DNA of 64,000 nucleotides, from contig NIVC01000328.1 of NCBI GenBank assembly GCA_002269645.1, positions 62,001-126,000 on the forward strand, in the 5' to 3' direction. The number at the start of each line of letters is the position of its first letter. The stretch's first letter is position 1. Made by a program: the position numbers and the translations under genes. Below, in pieces: positions 38,001 through 50,255 of this stretch. This DNA is from Macrostomum lignano (lineage: Eukaryota). The notes below the pieces were generated by a model. The model was not told where the DNA came from. It did not search any database and was given only the letters and a program-made list of their open reading frames with translations.

Positions 38001-41000
38001 GCCTCCCAGATCCTCAGTTGCTGGGCCAGCCTCCCAGATCCTCAGTTGCTGGGCCAGCCTCCCAGATCCTCAGTTGCTGGGCCAGCCTCCCAGATCCTCA
38101 GTTGCTGGGCCAGCCTCCCAGATCCTCAGTTGCTGGGCCAGCCTCCCAGATCCTCAGTTGCTGGGCCAGCCTCCCAGATCCTCAGTTGCTGGGCCAGCCT
38201 CCCAGATCCTCAGTTGCTGGGCCAGCCTCCCAGATCCTCAGTTGCTGGGCCAGCCTCCCAGATCCTCAGTTGCTGGGCCAGCCTCCCAGATCCTCAGTTG
38301 CTGGGCCAGCCTCCCAGATCCTCAGTTGCTGGGCCAGCCTCCCAGATCCTCAGTTGCTGGGCCAGCCTCCCAGATCCTCAGTTGCTGGGCCAGCCTCCCA
38401 GATCCTCAGTTGCTGGGCCAGCCTCCCAGATCCTCAGTTGCTGGGCCAGCCTCCCAGATCCTCAGTTGCTGGGCCAGCCTCCCAGATCCTCAGTTGCTGG
38501 GCCAGCCTCCCAGATCCTCAGTTGCTGGGCCAGCCTCCCAGATCCTCAGTTGCTGGGCCAGCCTCCCAGATCCTCAGTTGCTGGGCCAGCCTCCCAGATC
38601 CTCAGTTGCTGGGCCAGCCTCCCAGATCCTCAGTTGCTGGGCCAGCCTCCCAGATCCTCAGTTGCTGGGCCAGCCTCCCAGATCCTCAGTTGCTGGGCCA
38701 GCCTCCCAGATCCTCAGTTGCTGGGCCAGCCTCCCAGATCCTCAGTTGCTGGGCCAGCCTCCCAGATCCTCAGTTGCTGGGCCAGCCTCCCAGATCCTCA
38801 GTTGCTGGGCCAGCCTCCCAGATCCTCAGTTGCTGGGCCAGCCTCCCAGATCCTCAGTTGCTGGGCCAGCCTCCCAGATCCTCAGTTGCTGGGCCAGCCT
38901 CCCAGATCCTCAGTTGCTGGGCCAGCCTCCCAGATCCTCAGTTGCTGGGCCAGCCTCCCAGATCCTCAGTTGCTGGGCCAGCCTCCCAGATCCTCAGTTG
39001 CTGGGCCAGCCTCCCAGATCCTCAGTTGCTGGGCCAGCCTCCCAGATCCTCAGTTGCTGGGCCAGCCTCCCAGATCCTCAGTTGCTGGGCCAGCCTCCCA
39101 GATCCTCAGTTGCTGGGCCAGCCTCCCAGATCCTCAGTTGCTGGGCCAGCCTCCCAGATCCTCAGTTGCTGGGCCAGCCTCCCAGATCCTCAGTTGCTGG
39201 GCCAGCCTCCCAGATCCTCAGTTGCTGGGCCAGCCTCCCAGATCCTCAGTTGCTGGGCCAGCCTCCCAGATCCTCAGTTGCTGGGCCAGCCTCCCAGATC
39301 CTCAGTTGCTGGGCCAGCCTCCCAGATCCTCAGTTGCTGGGCCAGCCTCCCAGATCCTCAGTTGCTGGGCCAGCCTCCCAGATCCTCAGTTGCTGGGCCA
39401 GCCTCCCAGATCCTCAGTTGCTGGGCCAGCCTCCCAGATCCTCAGTTGCTGGGCCAGCCTCCCAGATCCTCAGTTGCTGGGCCAGCCTCCCAGATCCTCA
39501 GTTGCTGGGCCAGCCTCCCAGATCCTCAGTTGCTGGGCCAGCCTCCCAGATCCTCAGTTGCTGGGCCAGCCTCCCAGATCCTCAGTTGCTGGGCCAGCCT
39601 CCCAGATCCTCAGTTGCTGGGCCAGCCTCCCAGATCCTCAGTTGCTGGGCCAGCCTCCCAGATCCTCAGTTGCTGGGCCAGCCTCCCAGATCCTCAGTTG
39701 CTGGGCCAGCCTCCCAGATCCTCAGTTGCTGGGCCAGCCTCCCAGATCCTCAGTTGCTGGGCCAGCCTCCCAGATCCTCAGTTGCTGGCCAGCCTCCCAG
39801 ATGTCAGTTGCTGGGCCAGCCTCCCAGATCCTCAGTTGCTGGGCCAGCCTCCCAGATCCTCAGTTGCTGGGCCAGCCTCCCAGATGTCAGTTGCTGGGCC
39901 AGCCTCCCAGATGTCAGTTGCTGGGCCAGCCTCCCAGATCCTCAGTTGCTGGGCCAGCCTCCCAGATCCTCAGTTGCTGGGCCAGCCTCCCAGATCCTCA
40001 GTTGCTGGGCCAGCCTCCCAGATCCTCAGTTGCTGGGCCAGCCTCCCAGATCCTCAGTTGCTGGGCCAGCCTCCCAGATCCTCAGTTGCTGGGCCAGCCT
40101 CCCAGATGTCAGTTGCTGGGCCAGCCTCCCAGATCCTCAGTTGCTGGGCCAGCCTCCCAGATCCTCAGTTGCTGGGCCAGCCTCCCAGATGTCAGTTGCT
40201 GGGCCAGCCTCCCAGATCCTCAGTTGCTGGGCCAGCCTCCCAGATGTCAGTTGCTGGGCCAGCCTCCCAGATCCTCAGTTGCTGGGCCAGCCTCCCAGAT
40301 CCTCAGTTGCTGGGCCAGCCTCCCAGATCCTCAGTTGCTGGGCCAGCCTCCCAGATCCTCAGTTGCTGGGCCAGCCTCCCAGATCCTCAGTTGCTGGGCC
40401 AGCCTCCCAGATCCTCAGTTGCTGGGCCAGCCTCCCAGATCCTCAGTTGCTGGGCCAGCCTCCCAGATCCTCAGTTGCTGGGCCAGCCTCCCAGATGTCA
40501 GTTGCTGGGCCAGCCTCCCAGATCCTCAGTTGCTGGGCCAGCCTCCCAGATCCTCAGTTGCTGGGCCAGCCTCCCAGATCCTCAGTTGCTGGGCCAGCCT
40601 CCCAGATCCTCAGTTGCTGGGCCAGCCTCCCAGATCCTCAGTTGCTGGGCCAGCCTCCCAGATCCTCAGTTGCTGGGCCAGCCTCCCAGATCCTCAGTTG
40701 CTGGGCCAGCCTCCCAGATCCTCAGTTGCTGGGCCAGCCTCCCAGATCCTCAGTTGCTGGGCCAGCCTCCCAGATCCTCAGTTGCTGGGCCAGCCTCCCA
40801 GATCCTCAGTTGCTGGGCCAGCCTCCCAGATCCTCAGTTGCTGGCCAGCCTCCCAGATCCTCAGTTGCTGGGCCAGCCTCCCAGATCCTCAGTTGCTGGG
40901 CCAGCCTCCCAGATCCTCAGTTGCTGGGCCAGCCTCCCAGATCCTCAGTTGCTGGGCCAGCCTCCCAGATCCTCAGTTGCTGGGCCAGCCTCCCAGATCC

Positions 41001-44000
41001 TCAGTTGCTGGGCCAGCCTCCCAGATGTCAGTTGCTGGGCCAGCCTCCCAGATCCTCAGTTGCTGGGCCAGCCTCCCAGATGTCAGTTGCTGGGCCAGCC
41101 TCCCAGATCCCAGTTGCTGGGCCAGCCTCCCAGATCCTCAGTTGCTGGGCCAGCCTCCCAGATCCTCAGTTGCTGGGCCAGCCTCCCAGATCCTCAGTTG
41201 CTGGGCCAGCCTCCCAGATCCTCAGTTGCTGGGCCAGCCTCCCAGATGTCAGTTGCTGGCCAGCCTCCCAGATCCTCAGTTGCTGGGCCAGCCTCCCAGA
41301 TGTCAGTTGCTGGGCCAGCCTCCCAGATGTCAGTTGCTGGGCCAGCCTCCCAGATCCTCAGTTGCTGGGCCAGCCTCCCAGATCCTCAGTTGCTGGGCCA
41401 GCCTCCCAGATCCTCAGTTGCTGGCCAGCCTCCCAGATCCTCAGTTGCTGGGCCAGCCTCCCAGATCTCAGTTGCTGGCCAGCCTCCCAGATCCTCAGTT
41501 GCTGGGCCAGCCTCCCAGATCCTCAGTTGCTGGCCAGCCTCCCAGATCCTCAGTTGCTGGGCCAGCCTCCCAGATCCTCAGTTGCTGGGCCAGCCTCCCA
41601 GATCCTCAGTTGCTGGGCCAGCCTCCCAGATCCTCAGTTGCTGGCCAGCCTCCCAGATGTCAGTTGCTGGGCCAGCCTCCCAGATCCTCAGTTGCTGGCC
41701 AGCCTCCCAGATCCTCAGTTGCTGGGCCAGCCTCCCAGAGTGTCAGTTGCTGGGCCAGCCTCCCAGATCCTCAGTTGCTGGGCCAGCCTCCCAGATCCTC
41801 AGTTGCTGGGCCAGCCTCCCAGATGTCAGTTGCTGGGCCAGCCTCCCAGATCCTCAGTTGCTGGGCCAGCCTCCCAGATGTCAGTTGCTGGGCCAGCCTC
41901 CCAGATCCTCAGTTGCTGGGCCAGCCTCCCAGATCCTCAGTTGCTGGGCCAGCCTCCCAGATCCTCAGTTGCTGGGCCAGCCTCCCAGATCCTCAGTTGC
42001 TGGGCCAGCCTCCCAGATCCTCAGTTGCTGGGCCAGCCTCCCAGATGTCAGTTGCTGGGCCAGCCTCCAGATCCTCAGTTGCTGGGCCAGCCTCCCAGAT
42101 GTCAGTTGCTGGGCCAGCCTCCCAGATGTCAGTTGCTGGGCCAGCCTCCCAGATCCTCAGTTGCTGGGCCAGCCTCCCAGATGTCAGTTGCTGGGCCAGC
42201 CTCCCAGATCCTCAGTTGCTGGCAGCCTCCCAGATCCTCAGTTGCTGGGCCAGCCTCCCAGATGTCAGTTGCTGGCCAGCCTCCCAGATCCTCAGTTGCT
42301 GGGCCAGCCTCCCAGATCCTCAGTTGCTGGGCCAGCCTCCCAGATCCTCAGTTGCTGGGCCAGCCTCCCAGAGTGTCAGTTGCTGGCCAGCCTCCCAGAT
42401 CATCAGTTGCTGGGCCAGCCTCCCAGAGTGTCAGTTGCTGAGCCAGCCTCCCAGATCCTCAGTTGCTGGGCCAGCCTCCCAGATCCTCAGTTGCTGGGCC
42501 AGCCTCCCAGATCCTCAGTTGCTGGGCCAGCCTCCCAGAGTGTCAGTTGCTGGCCAGCCTCCCAGATCCTCAGTTGCTGGGCCAGCCTCCCAGAGTGTCA
42601 GTTGCTGGGCCAGCCTCCCAGAGTGTCAGTTGCTGGGCCAGCCTCCCAGATCATCAGTTGCTGGGCCAGCCTCCCAGATCCTCAGTTGCTGGGCCAGCCT
42701 CCCAGATCCTCAGTTGCTGTGCCAGCCTCCCAGATCCTCAGTTGCTGGGCCAGCCTCCCAGATCTCAGTTGCTGGCCAGCCTCCCAGATCCTCAGTTGCT
42801 GGGCCAGCCTCCCAGATCCTCAGTTGCTGTGCCAGCCTCCCAGATCCTCAGTTGCTGGGCCAGCCTCCCAGAGCGTCAGTTGCTGGGCCAGCCTCCCAGA
42901 TCCTCAGTTGCTGGGCCAGCCTCCCAGATCCTCAGTTGCTGGCCAGCCTCCCAGAGTGTCAGTTGTTGGGCCAGCCTCCCAGATCCTCAGTTGCTGGCCA
43001 GCCTCCCAGATCCTCAGTTGCTGGGCCAGCCTCCCAGAGTGTCAGTTGCTGGGCCAGCCTCCCAGATCCTCAGTTGCTGGGCCAGCCTCCAGATCCTCAG
43101 TTGCTGGGCCAGCCTCCCAGAGTGTCAGTTGCTGGGCCAGCCTCCCAGATCCTCAGTTGCTGGGCCAGCCTCCCAGAGTGTCAGTTGCTGGGCCAGCCTC
43201 CCAGATCCTCAGTTGCTGGGCCAGCCTCCCAGATCCTCAGTTGCTGGGCCAGCCTCCCAGATCCTCAGTTGCTGGGCCAGCCTCCCAGATCCTCAGTTGC
43301 CGGGCCAGCCTCTCAGATCATCAGTTGCTGGGCCAGCCTCCCAGAGTGTCAGTTGCTGGGCCAGCCTCCCAGATCCTCAGTTGCTGGGCCAGCCTCCCAG
43401 AGTGTCAGTTGCTGGGCCAGCCTCCCAGAGTGTCAGTTGCTGGGCCAGCCTCCCAGATCCTCAGTTGCTGGGCGAGCCTCCCAGAGTGTCAGTTGCTGGG
43501 CCAGCCTCCCAGATCCTCAGTTGCTGAGCGAGCCTCCCAGATCCTCAGTTGCTGGGCCAGCCTCCCAGAGTGTCAGTTGCTGAGCCAGCCTCCCAGATCC
43601 TCAGTTGCTGGGCCAGCCTCCCAGATCCTCAGTTGCTGGGCCAGCCTCCCAGATCCTCAGTTGCTGGGCCAGCCTCCCAGAGTGTCAGTTGCTGAGCGAG
43701 CCTCCCAGATCATCAGTTGCTGGGCCAGCCTCCCAGAGTGTCAGTTGCTGAGCCAGCCTCCTAGATCCTCAGTTGCTGGGCCAGCCTCCCAGATCCTCAG
43801 TTGCTGGGCCAGCCTCCCAGATCCTCAGTTGCTGGGCCAGCCTCCCAGATCCTCAGTTGCTGGGCCAGCCTCCCAGATCCTCAGTTGCTGGGCCAGCCTC
43901 CCAGAGTGTCAGTTGCTGGGCCAGCCTCCCAGATCATCAGTTGCTGTGCAAGCCTCCCAGATTCTCAGTTGCTGGGCCAGCCTCCCAGAGTGTCAGTTGC

Positions 44001-44248
44001 TGGGCCAGCCTCCTAGATCCTCAGTTGCTGGGCCAGCCTCCCAGAGTGTCAGTTGCTGGGCCAGCCTCCCAGATCATCAGTTGCTGGGCCAGCCTCCCAG
44101 AGTGTCAGTTGCTGGGCCAGCCTCCCAGAGTGTCAGTTGCTGGGCCAGCCTCCCAGAGTGTCAGTTGCTGGGCCAGCTTCCCAGATCCTCAGTTGCTGGG
44201 CCAGCCTCCCAGAGTGTCAGTTGCTGGGCCAGCCTCCCAGATCCTCAG
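23050..44248. repeat. Giant 28-bp satellite array (GATCCTCAGTTGCTGGGCCAGCCTCCCA), about 21.2 kb and about 760 units
   Basis: In the core, the printed 60-nt lines repeat every 7 lines (420 bp = 15 units). The flanks carry 26-28-bp variant units. Confidence 0.99.
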
Positions 44249-44783
44249 GCTGTCACAGTCACTGTTACACTACTTTGTTACACTATCTCGCGCATGCAAA
44301 TAGAATTTAAAGAATTCAGCCTATACTGCATGCGCTACCTACAATGCAATAATGAATGGACATTGTACACATTGGATTAATCCGACAGAAACTGGCCTTC
44401 AATAGCACCTGCAGTTACGAGTATGAATGAGAGCTACAATGTATTAGTGGATTTCAGCGCCATCAAACAAACCACGCAATGCGCATTCTCATGTAAAGTT
44501 AATGCGTTTAAGAAATTATTGTGGACTTTAATTTAGGAAGTAATGGAGGAATAACAACTTACATATTAGCATTATGTAGACTGGTAGAAGTAGCAAATGA
44601 CTAATTTGTTTTACAATTAGCCCTTGAAAACTGGGATTATTTCTGGGCGTCATATTATTCAATTTTTACAAGACATCTCAAAGGACTTGACGACGCAAAA
44701 CATGCAAAAGATAGGCAGAATTATCATTTCCTACATCATTAGCCTTCCAAGTGTTCCAAGACCTGATTTCTTTTCTAAGAAAA

Positions 44784-45456
44784 TCAGTACACGATGATGA
44801 CAACAACCAGCATGATTGACACTGCCGTGGCCACCACAACGTGCAACGCCAGTAGGAAGGCTCTCAGACAGTAGCCAGCCGGCTTTGGCTCAGTTGGACG
44901 CGCCTGCGGCTTCTGCAGCGTGCCGGCGTCCTTCTGCCTCTGCTGCTGATAGTCTAGCATGTCCTGCTGGTACTGGCGCCAGCGCCGCTTGTTCCGGCGC
45001 CAATGGTACAGGGTGTGAATCTCCAGAATGATTTCGATCACGAACTGCAGTAGCACGAAGAAGATCAGCAGCCAGATGTGGTAATCGATGGTATTAAGAG
45101 CTCCGGCGCGCTCCAGGCGCAGGCCGAGAAACAGGTTGATCACAGCTAGGATGTAGGCAATGGTGCCCACTATCCAGTGGGTCCAGTTGAACCACGGCCG
45201 CCTGTCGCTATCGGGATGGCAGCGGCAGAGGGAGATGAGCGGGTTAGCCAGGGTCAAGATGGTCACGATGATGCCAAGCACAGGGTGGACCAGGTCGGGT
45301 AGATCATCCAGTGCGCTGTAGCCCGCGACATCAGCGAAGATTACGATGAATGAGATGAGTGTGAGGATGCAGCAGGAGGCCATCAGGGCGCGGTGCACCT
45401 GGAACCAGGCCAGCTCTTTGCCAAGTAGGCGTGATGGCCATTGCGTCTTGTAGTAC
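44784..45456 (-). CDS. FRRS1: Ferric-chelate reductase 1-like (DOMON + cytochrome b561), last exon
   Basis: Encodes R-YYKTQWPSRLLGKELAWFQVHRALM...HPVLG...CRCHPDSDRRPWFNWTHWIVG, with three of the four b561 heme His, TM helices and TGA. The acceptor is phase 2. Confidence 0.93.
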
Positions 45457-45849
45457 CTGCATGGTTTGGTGCAGTTTTGGGGTGGATGGCGTTGATGAAC
45501 TGCTCTGAATTGGCGTTTATTGTAGAAGGCGCGCGATACCCCTCTGTGTGAGAGCTAGATTACTACTGCTTGCTACACTACTAGCGAGTAGAGTGAAAAT
45601 TTTTTTAACTTAATCTCTGGTACAATTATGTGAGGGTCTATGAGAATTTCCCGTAGGAAGTTTTCCCGCCGAGGTTGCCCGCGCGAGTGCTCCCGCCGCG
45701 CCGTCCTCTCTCAATGTTTTCCGTGTGCACGATTGAAATCTTTATTCGGCTACTTTACTCAGTGATCTAAATTGAATTTCTCACAGCGCCCAAGATCACA
45801 GGCACTGCAGTGTAATCCTCTATCTTCGGACTTCTCCCCTGCGAATCAC

Positions 45850-46339
45850 CTGGCCAACAGCATGCCGACGGAGGCGCACAGAACCCAGGCCAGCACCATC
45901 AAACAGCCGTGCGCTTTGGCCCCGCCAGTGCTGGCCGGCCCGACCGAGTCTCCACTCTCCGAAAGTGTCCGAGCCGGCCCGGTGTAGCGCCAGTCTGGCT
46001 TGGCCAGTCCGTCCGATTCCACCGGATTCCGGCCGGGCCGTCGCATGCCAACCGGATGGGCCAGGATCTCCGGATGATGAAGCCAGTCCAGCGCTGGATG
46101 CTGGAGCCGCAGCCGGGCCCGGCACTCGAGCGTGGCGTAGCCCTGCCCCCTCACCGGCCAGAAGTAGGCGGCCCGCTCCGGCCTGTCCGCTCCGAACTTC
46201 GGCGCGCTGTCGGCCTCGGTCAGTAGGCTGACATCGTCGGCCTCGGAGGCCTGCAGGAAGTAGTAACCGCTGCTGGCTGAGGTCAGCCGCATGTGGACGC
46301 CAGAATCGGTGGGCGTCTTGTAGCAGGCCAGCAGGACGC
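45850..46339 (-). CDS. FRRS1: FRRS1-like exon 2 (second half of DOMON; KAHGCLMVLAW with the first b561 His)
   Basis: Acceptor ccttgcag and donor GTGATT. 490 nt, phases 1 and 2 fit both neighbours. Confidence 0.88.
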
Positions 46340-46469
46340 CTGCAAGGTCGGGTTCGGGGTCACAATTGAGCGAGGTTGATGGAGACTGATGGCCCTTCTT
46401 CAGAAGGACGGGAAGTTATTTGTGAGAACGGGATCCTTTAGGTGGGCAGATATATCTTCTAGACTAGAT

Positions 46470-47195
46470 AGACGTCCTTCTGAAAGATAGGCAGACACCC
46501 CTTCAGAAGGGCAGGCACATCTTCGTGTGGGGGGCAGACCTATTACATGTAGGAAAGACAGACGCCCATTTGCAAGGACAGACGTCCTTTGGGAGAACAG
46601 AAACATTTAGGAAGGGAAGAAGTGCCTTCTGAAGGGCAGACGTCCCTTCTGAAGGGCAGATATCCCTTCTGAAGGGTAGATATCCCTTCTGAAGGCCATA
46701 CATCCTTTCTGAAGGGCAGACATCCCTTCTAAAGGACAGACGTTTGTTCTGAAGGGCAGACATCCATTCTGAACGGCAGACGTTTCTTCTGAAGGACAGA
46801 CGTCCGTTCTGAAGGGCAGACGTTTCTTCTGAAGGACAGACGTCCGTTCTGATGGGCAGACGTCCCTTCTGAAGGCCAGACATCCTTTCTGAAGGCCGGA
46901 CGTCCTTTCTGAAGGGCAGATGTCCCTTCTGAAGGGCGGACGTTCGTTCTGAAGGGCAGACGTCCATTCTGAAGGGCAGACGTTCGTTCTGAAGGGCAGA
47001 CGTCCCTTCTGAAGGGCAGATGTCCCTTCTGAAGGGCGGACGTTCGTTCTGAAGGGCAGACGTCCCTTCTGAAGGACAGACGCTCGTTCTGGAGGGCAGA
47101 CGCTCGTTCTGGAGGCCAGACGTCCCTTCTGAAGGGCAGACGTTCGTTCTGAAGGGCAGACATCCCTTCTGAAGGGCAGAAGTTCATTCTGAAGA
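46470..47195. repeat. 20-bp quasi-palindromic minisatellite (GAAGGGCAGACGTCCCTTCT), in FRRS1-like intron 1
   Basis: Visible period of 20. GAAGGG/CCCTTC inverted arms. Confidence 0.92.
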
Positions 47196-47217
47196 GCAGG
47201 CCAGTGGGTCTTCTTAC

Positions 47218-47569
47218 CTTGACTGCTCCCTCCCCTGCCAGGCTTGAATCCCGCGGCGATGTAGCCGCCGTCCAGGCCGACCCGACCGCTCACAGCCAGC
47301 TCGATGTCGCCGCCTCCGTCTTCGGCGCGTTGCCATGTAGCCAGGAAGTCGCAGCCGAGGGCCGCAGCGCCGCTCCAGTGCACGCTGCGGCAGCCGTAGG
47401 GACTCCTGATGCAGCCCTGCGTGGTCGGATCGCACAGCACCGGGTACACCGGGGTGCCGGAGCTTTTGCTGCCGCCCGATGCTCTCGCCGAGTCAGCAGC
47501 GAAGGCGGTTTCTCGCAGCGCGGCGGCGAGGCAAATGAAAGTCAGCAGCTGCTGCAGCGGCCGCGGCAT
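47218..47569 (-). CDS. FRRS1: FRRS1-like exon 1 (signal peptide MPRPLQQLLTFICLAAALRETAFA, Cys-rich pre-DOMON segment, start of DOMON)
   Basis: ATG at 47569 with a hydrophobic signal peptide. Encodes CDPTTQGCIRSPYGC...CDFLATW...GYIAAGF. Phase-1 donor GTAAGA. Confidence 0.85.
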
Positions 47570-48224
47570 GGTCGACTCTCCTGTGCCGATGAAAACTTCG
47601 AGCCGCGAAATTTGATGCCGTCTTTCGAGAGCTTTTTTGGCTGCAGTTATTGCGACTGAATGTTTGTGCAGAGATGAGAAAAAATAGTCAGAGCTTATGA
47701 GAACGGTGCTCTGGTAAGGGCCTCTCACTGGGGAGAGGTGGTCGGTGCCCCCAGCCATCTTTGGAGTTGGTTAAACTGTGCACTGCAGCATGAAAGAATG
47801 CAAAGCCACTGCGGAGCTGCTTTTCCTGCCTCCTGCCCGCCGCTGTGTCAGAGGTGAAAGGCCTGCTTACTGTGTGCCTTCCTGCCGAGCGGCTCTCCGC
47901 TGCGGAGGGCGCGGGGGGAGAGTGGAGAGCCGGCCAACGCGGCTCTGTGTGCTCAGCGTCTCTGCCCCGTTGCGCTCGTTTTGTGAGTTTTTTGGTGCCG
48001 ACGCCCTAGCCTGGGGCTAGGTTTAGGCATGAGAACTCATTTCCGTTGGGGGTCTTTATGGTGATCTTTGCTACGGTGTACAACGAGCATTTCTGAGTGC
48101 AATTTCATAATAATATTTTCAGTAAATGACTGCAATATGCGCTTCTGTGTTGCATTTTTTGTAACGCATAAACATTACACACTTGGGCAGCGAACTAGTT
48201 TAGGAAATTGGACTCAGGAGAGTA

Positions 48225-49862
48225 GACACTCACGGGACTCAGGAGGGTACACACGGGACTCAGGAGAGTACACACGGGACTCAGGAGAGTACACACGGGA
48301 CTCAGGAGAGTACACACGGGACTCAGGAGAGTACACACGGGACTCAGGAGAGTACACACGGGACTCAGGAGAGTACACACGGGACTCAGGAGAGTAGACA
48401 CTCACGGGACTCAGGAGAGTAGACACTCACGGGACTCAGGAGAGTAGACACTCACAGTCTCAGGAGAGTAGACACTCACAGTCTCAGGAGAGTAGACACT
48501 CCCAGACCCCAGACTCAGGAGAGTAGACACTCACAGTCTCAGGAGAGTAGACACTCCAGACCAGACCCCAGACTCAGGAGAGTAGACACCCCAGACTCAG
48601 GAGAGTAGACACTCACAGTCTCAGGAGAGTAGACACTCCCAGACCCCAGACTCAGGAGAGTAGACACTCCCAGACCCCAGACTCAGGAGAGTAGACACTC
48701 ACAGTCTCAGGAGAGTAGACACTCACAGTCTCAGGAGAGTAGACACTCCCAGACCCCAGACTCAGGAGAGTAGACACTCCCAGACCCCAGACTCAGGAGA
48801 GTAGACACTCACAGTCTCAGGAGAGTAGACACTCCCAGACCCCAGACTCAGGAGAGTAGACACTCCCAGACCCCAGACTCAGGAGAGTAGACACTCACAG
48901 TCTCAGGAGAGTAGACACCCCAGACTCAGGAGAGTAGACACCCCAGACTCAGGAGAGTAGACACCCCAGACTCAGGAGAGTAGACACCCCAGTCTCAGGA
49001 GAGTAGACACCCCAGACTCAGGAGAGTAGACACCCCAGACTTAGGAGAGTAGACACTCCCAGACCCCAGACTCAGGAGAGTAGACACCCCAGACTCAGGA
49101 GAGTAGACACTCCCAGACCCCAGACTCAGGAGAGTAGACACTCCCAGACCCCAGACTCAGGAGAGTAGACACCCCAGACTCAGGAGAGTAGACACCCCAG
49201 TCTCAGGAGAGTAGACACCCCAGACTCAGGAGAGTAGACACCCCAGACTCAGGAGAGTAGACACCCCAGACTCAGGAGAGTAGACACCCCAGACTCAGGA
49301 GAGTAGACACTCCCAGACCCCAGACTCAGGAGAGTAGACACTCACAGTCTCAGGAGAGTAGACACCCCAGACTCAGGAGAGTAGACACCCCAGACTCAGG
49401 AGAGTAGACACCCCAGACTCAGGAGAGTAGACACCCCAGTCTCAGGAGAGTAGACACCCCAGACTCAGGAGAGTAGACACCCCAGACTTAGGAGAGTAGA
49501 CACTCCCAGACCCCAGACTCAGGAGAGTAGACACCCCAGACTCAGGAGAGTAGACACTCCCAGACCCCAGACTCAGGAGAGTAGACACTCCCAGACCCCA
49601 GACTCAGGAGAGTAGACACCCCAGACTCAGGAGAGTAGACACCCCAGTCTCAGGAGAGTAGACACCCCAGACTCAGGAGAGTAGACACCCCAGACTCAGG
49701 AGAGTAGACACCCCAGACTCAGGAGAGTAGACACCCCAGACTCAGGAGAGTAGACACTCCCAGACCCCAGACTCAGGAGAGTAGACACTCACAGTCTCAG
49801 GAGAGTAGACACCCCAGACTCAGGAGAGTAGACACCCCAGACTCAGGAGAGTAGACACCCCA
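48225..49862. repeat. Compound minisatellite on the core CTCAGGAGAGTAGACAC, with 21-, 23-, 24- and 30-bp unit variants
   Basis: 21-bp units at the left end shift to 24, 30 and 23-bp units to the right. Confidence 0.93.
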
Positions 49863-50255
49863 TGGACACCAGCCAGCCAGCCCCAAAGCAGGCAGAAGTG
49901 GAACAGGTCTACCTATAGTAAAATACTAAAGCCATAAAGCTAAGAAATCTTGCCCAAGTAACTATGAAATATGAAATATTATATGCTTGATTTCTCCCGA
50001 TAATGTTAAACTGATCAGAAATCAGATTAGCAATGCTAATCGAGCATTAAAACCATTCGACTGTTTAGCAAGATTAAAATTGGATTCCCATGCTGGAGCT
50101 GAGCCAGTTTTGATAAAATCGATGGCAGCTCAAGCGTGAGTGGCAGCAGAGCTATATAACACTTGGTTTTTTATTTTTCGGATTTAGACAAGCTATAGTT
50201 CTCCCTACAATTTTATCGACACGTCAAAACAGAGCAAACGTCAAATTGCAAAGAA

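Noticed and set aside
23050-44248. CRISPR-like array (28-bp repeats)
   Set aside because: The units are head-to-tail with no spacers, there are no cas genes, and the context is eukaryotic with introns.
23678-44380. Giant ORFs of 1000-4921 aa in all three + frames
   Set aside because: The 28-bp unit has no stop in any + frame, so all three frames give the same 28-aa cycle. The ORFs begin at non-ATG codons, and flank indels ignore frame. This is satellite read-through, not a gene.
46607-47217. C-terminal 200 aa of ORF 46607..47758
   Set aside because: It reads through the 20-bp intronic array after the GTAAGA donor.
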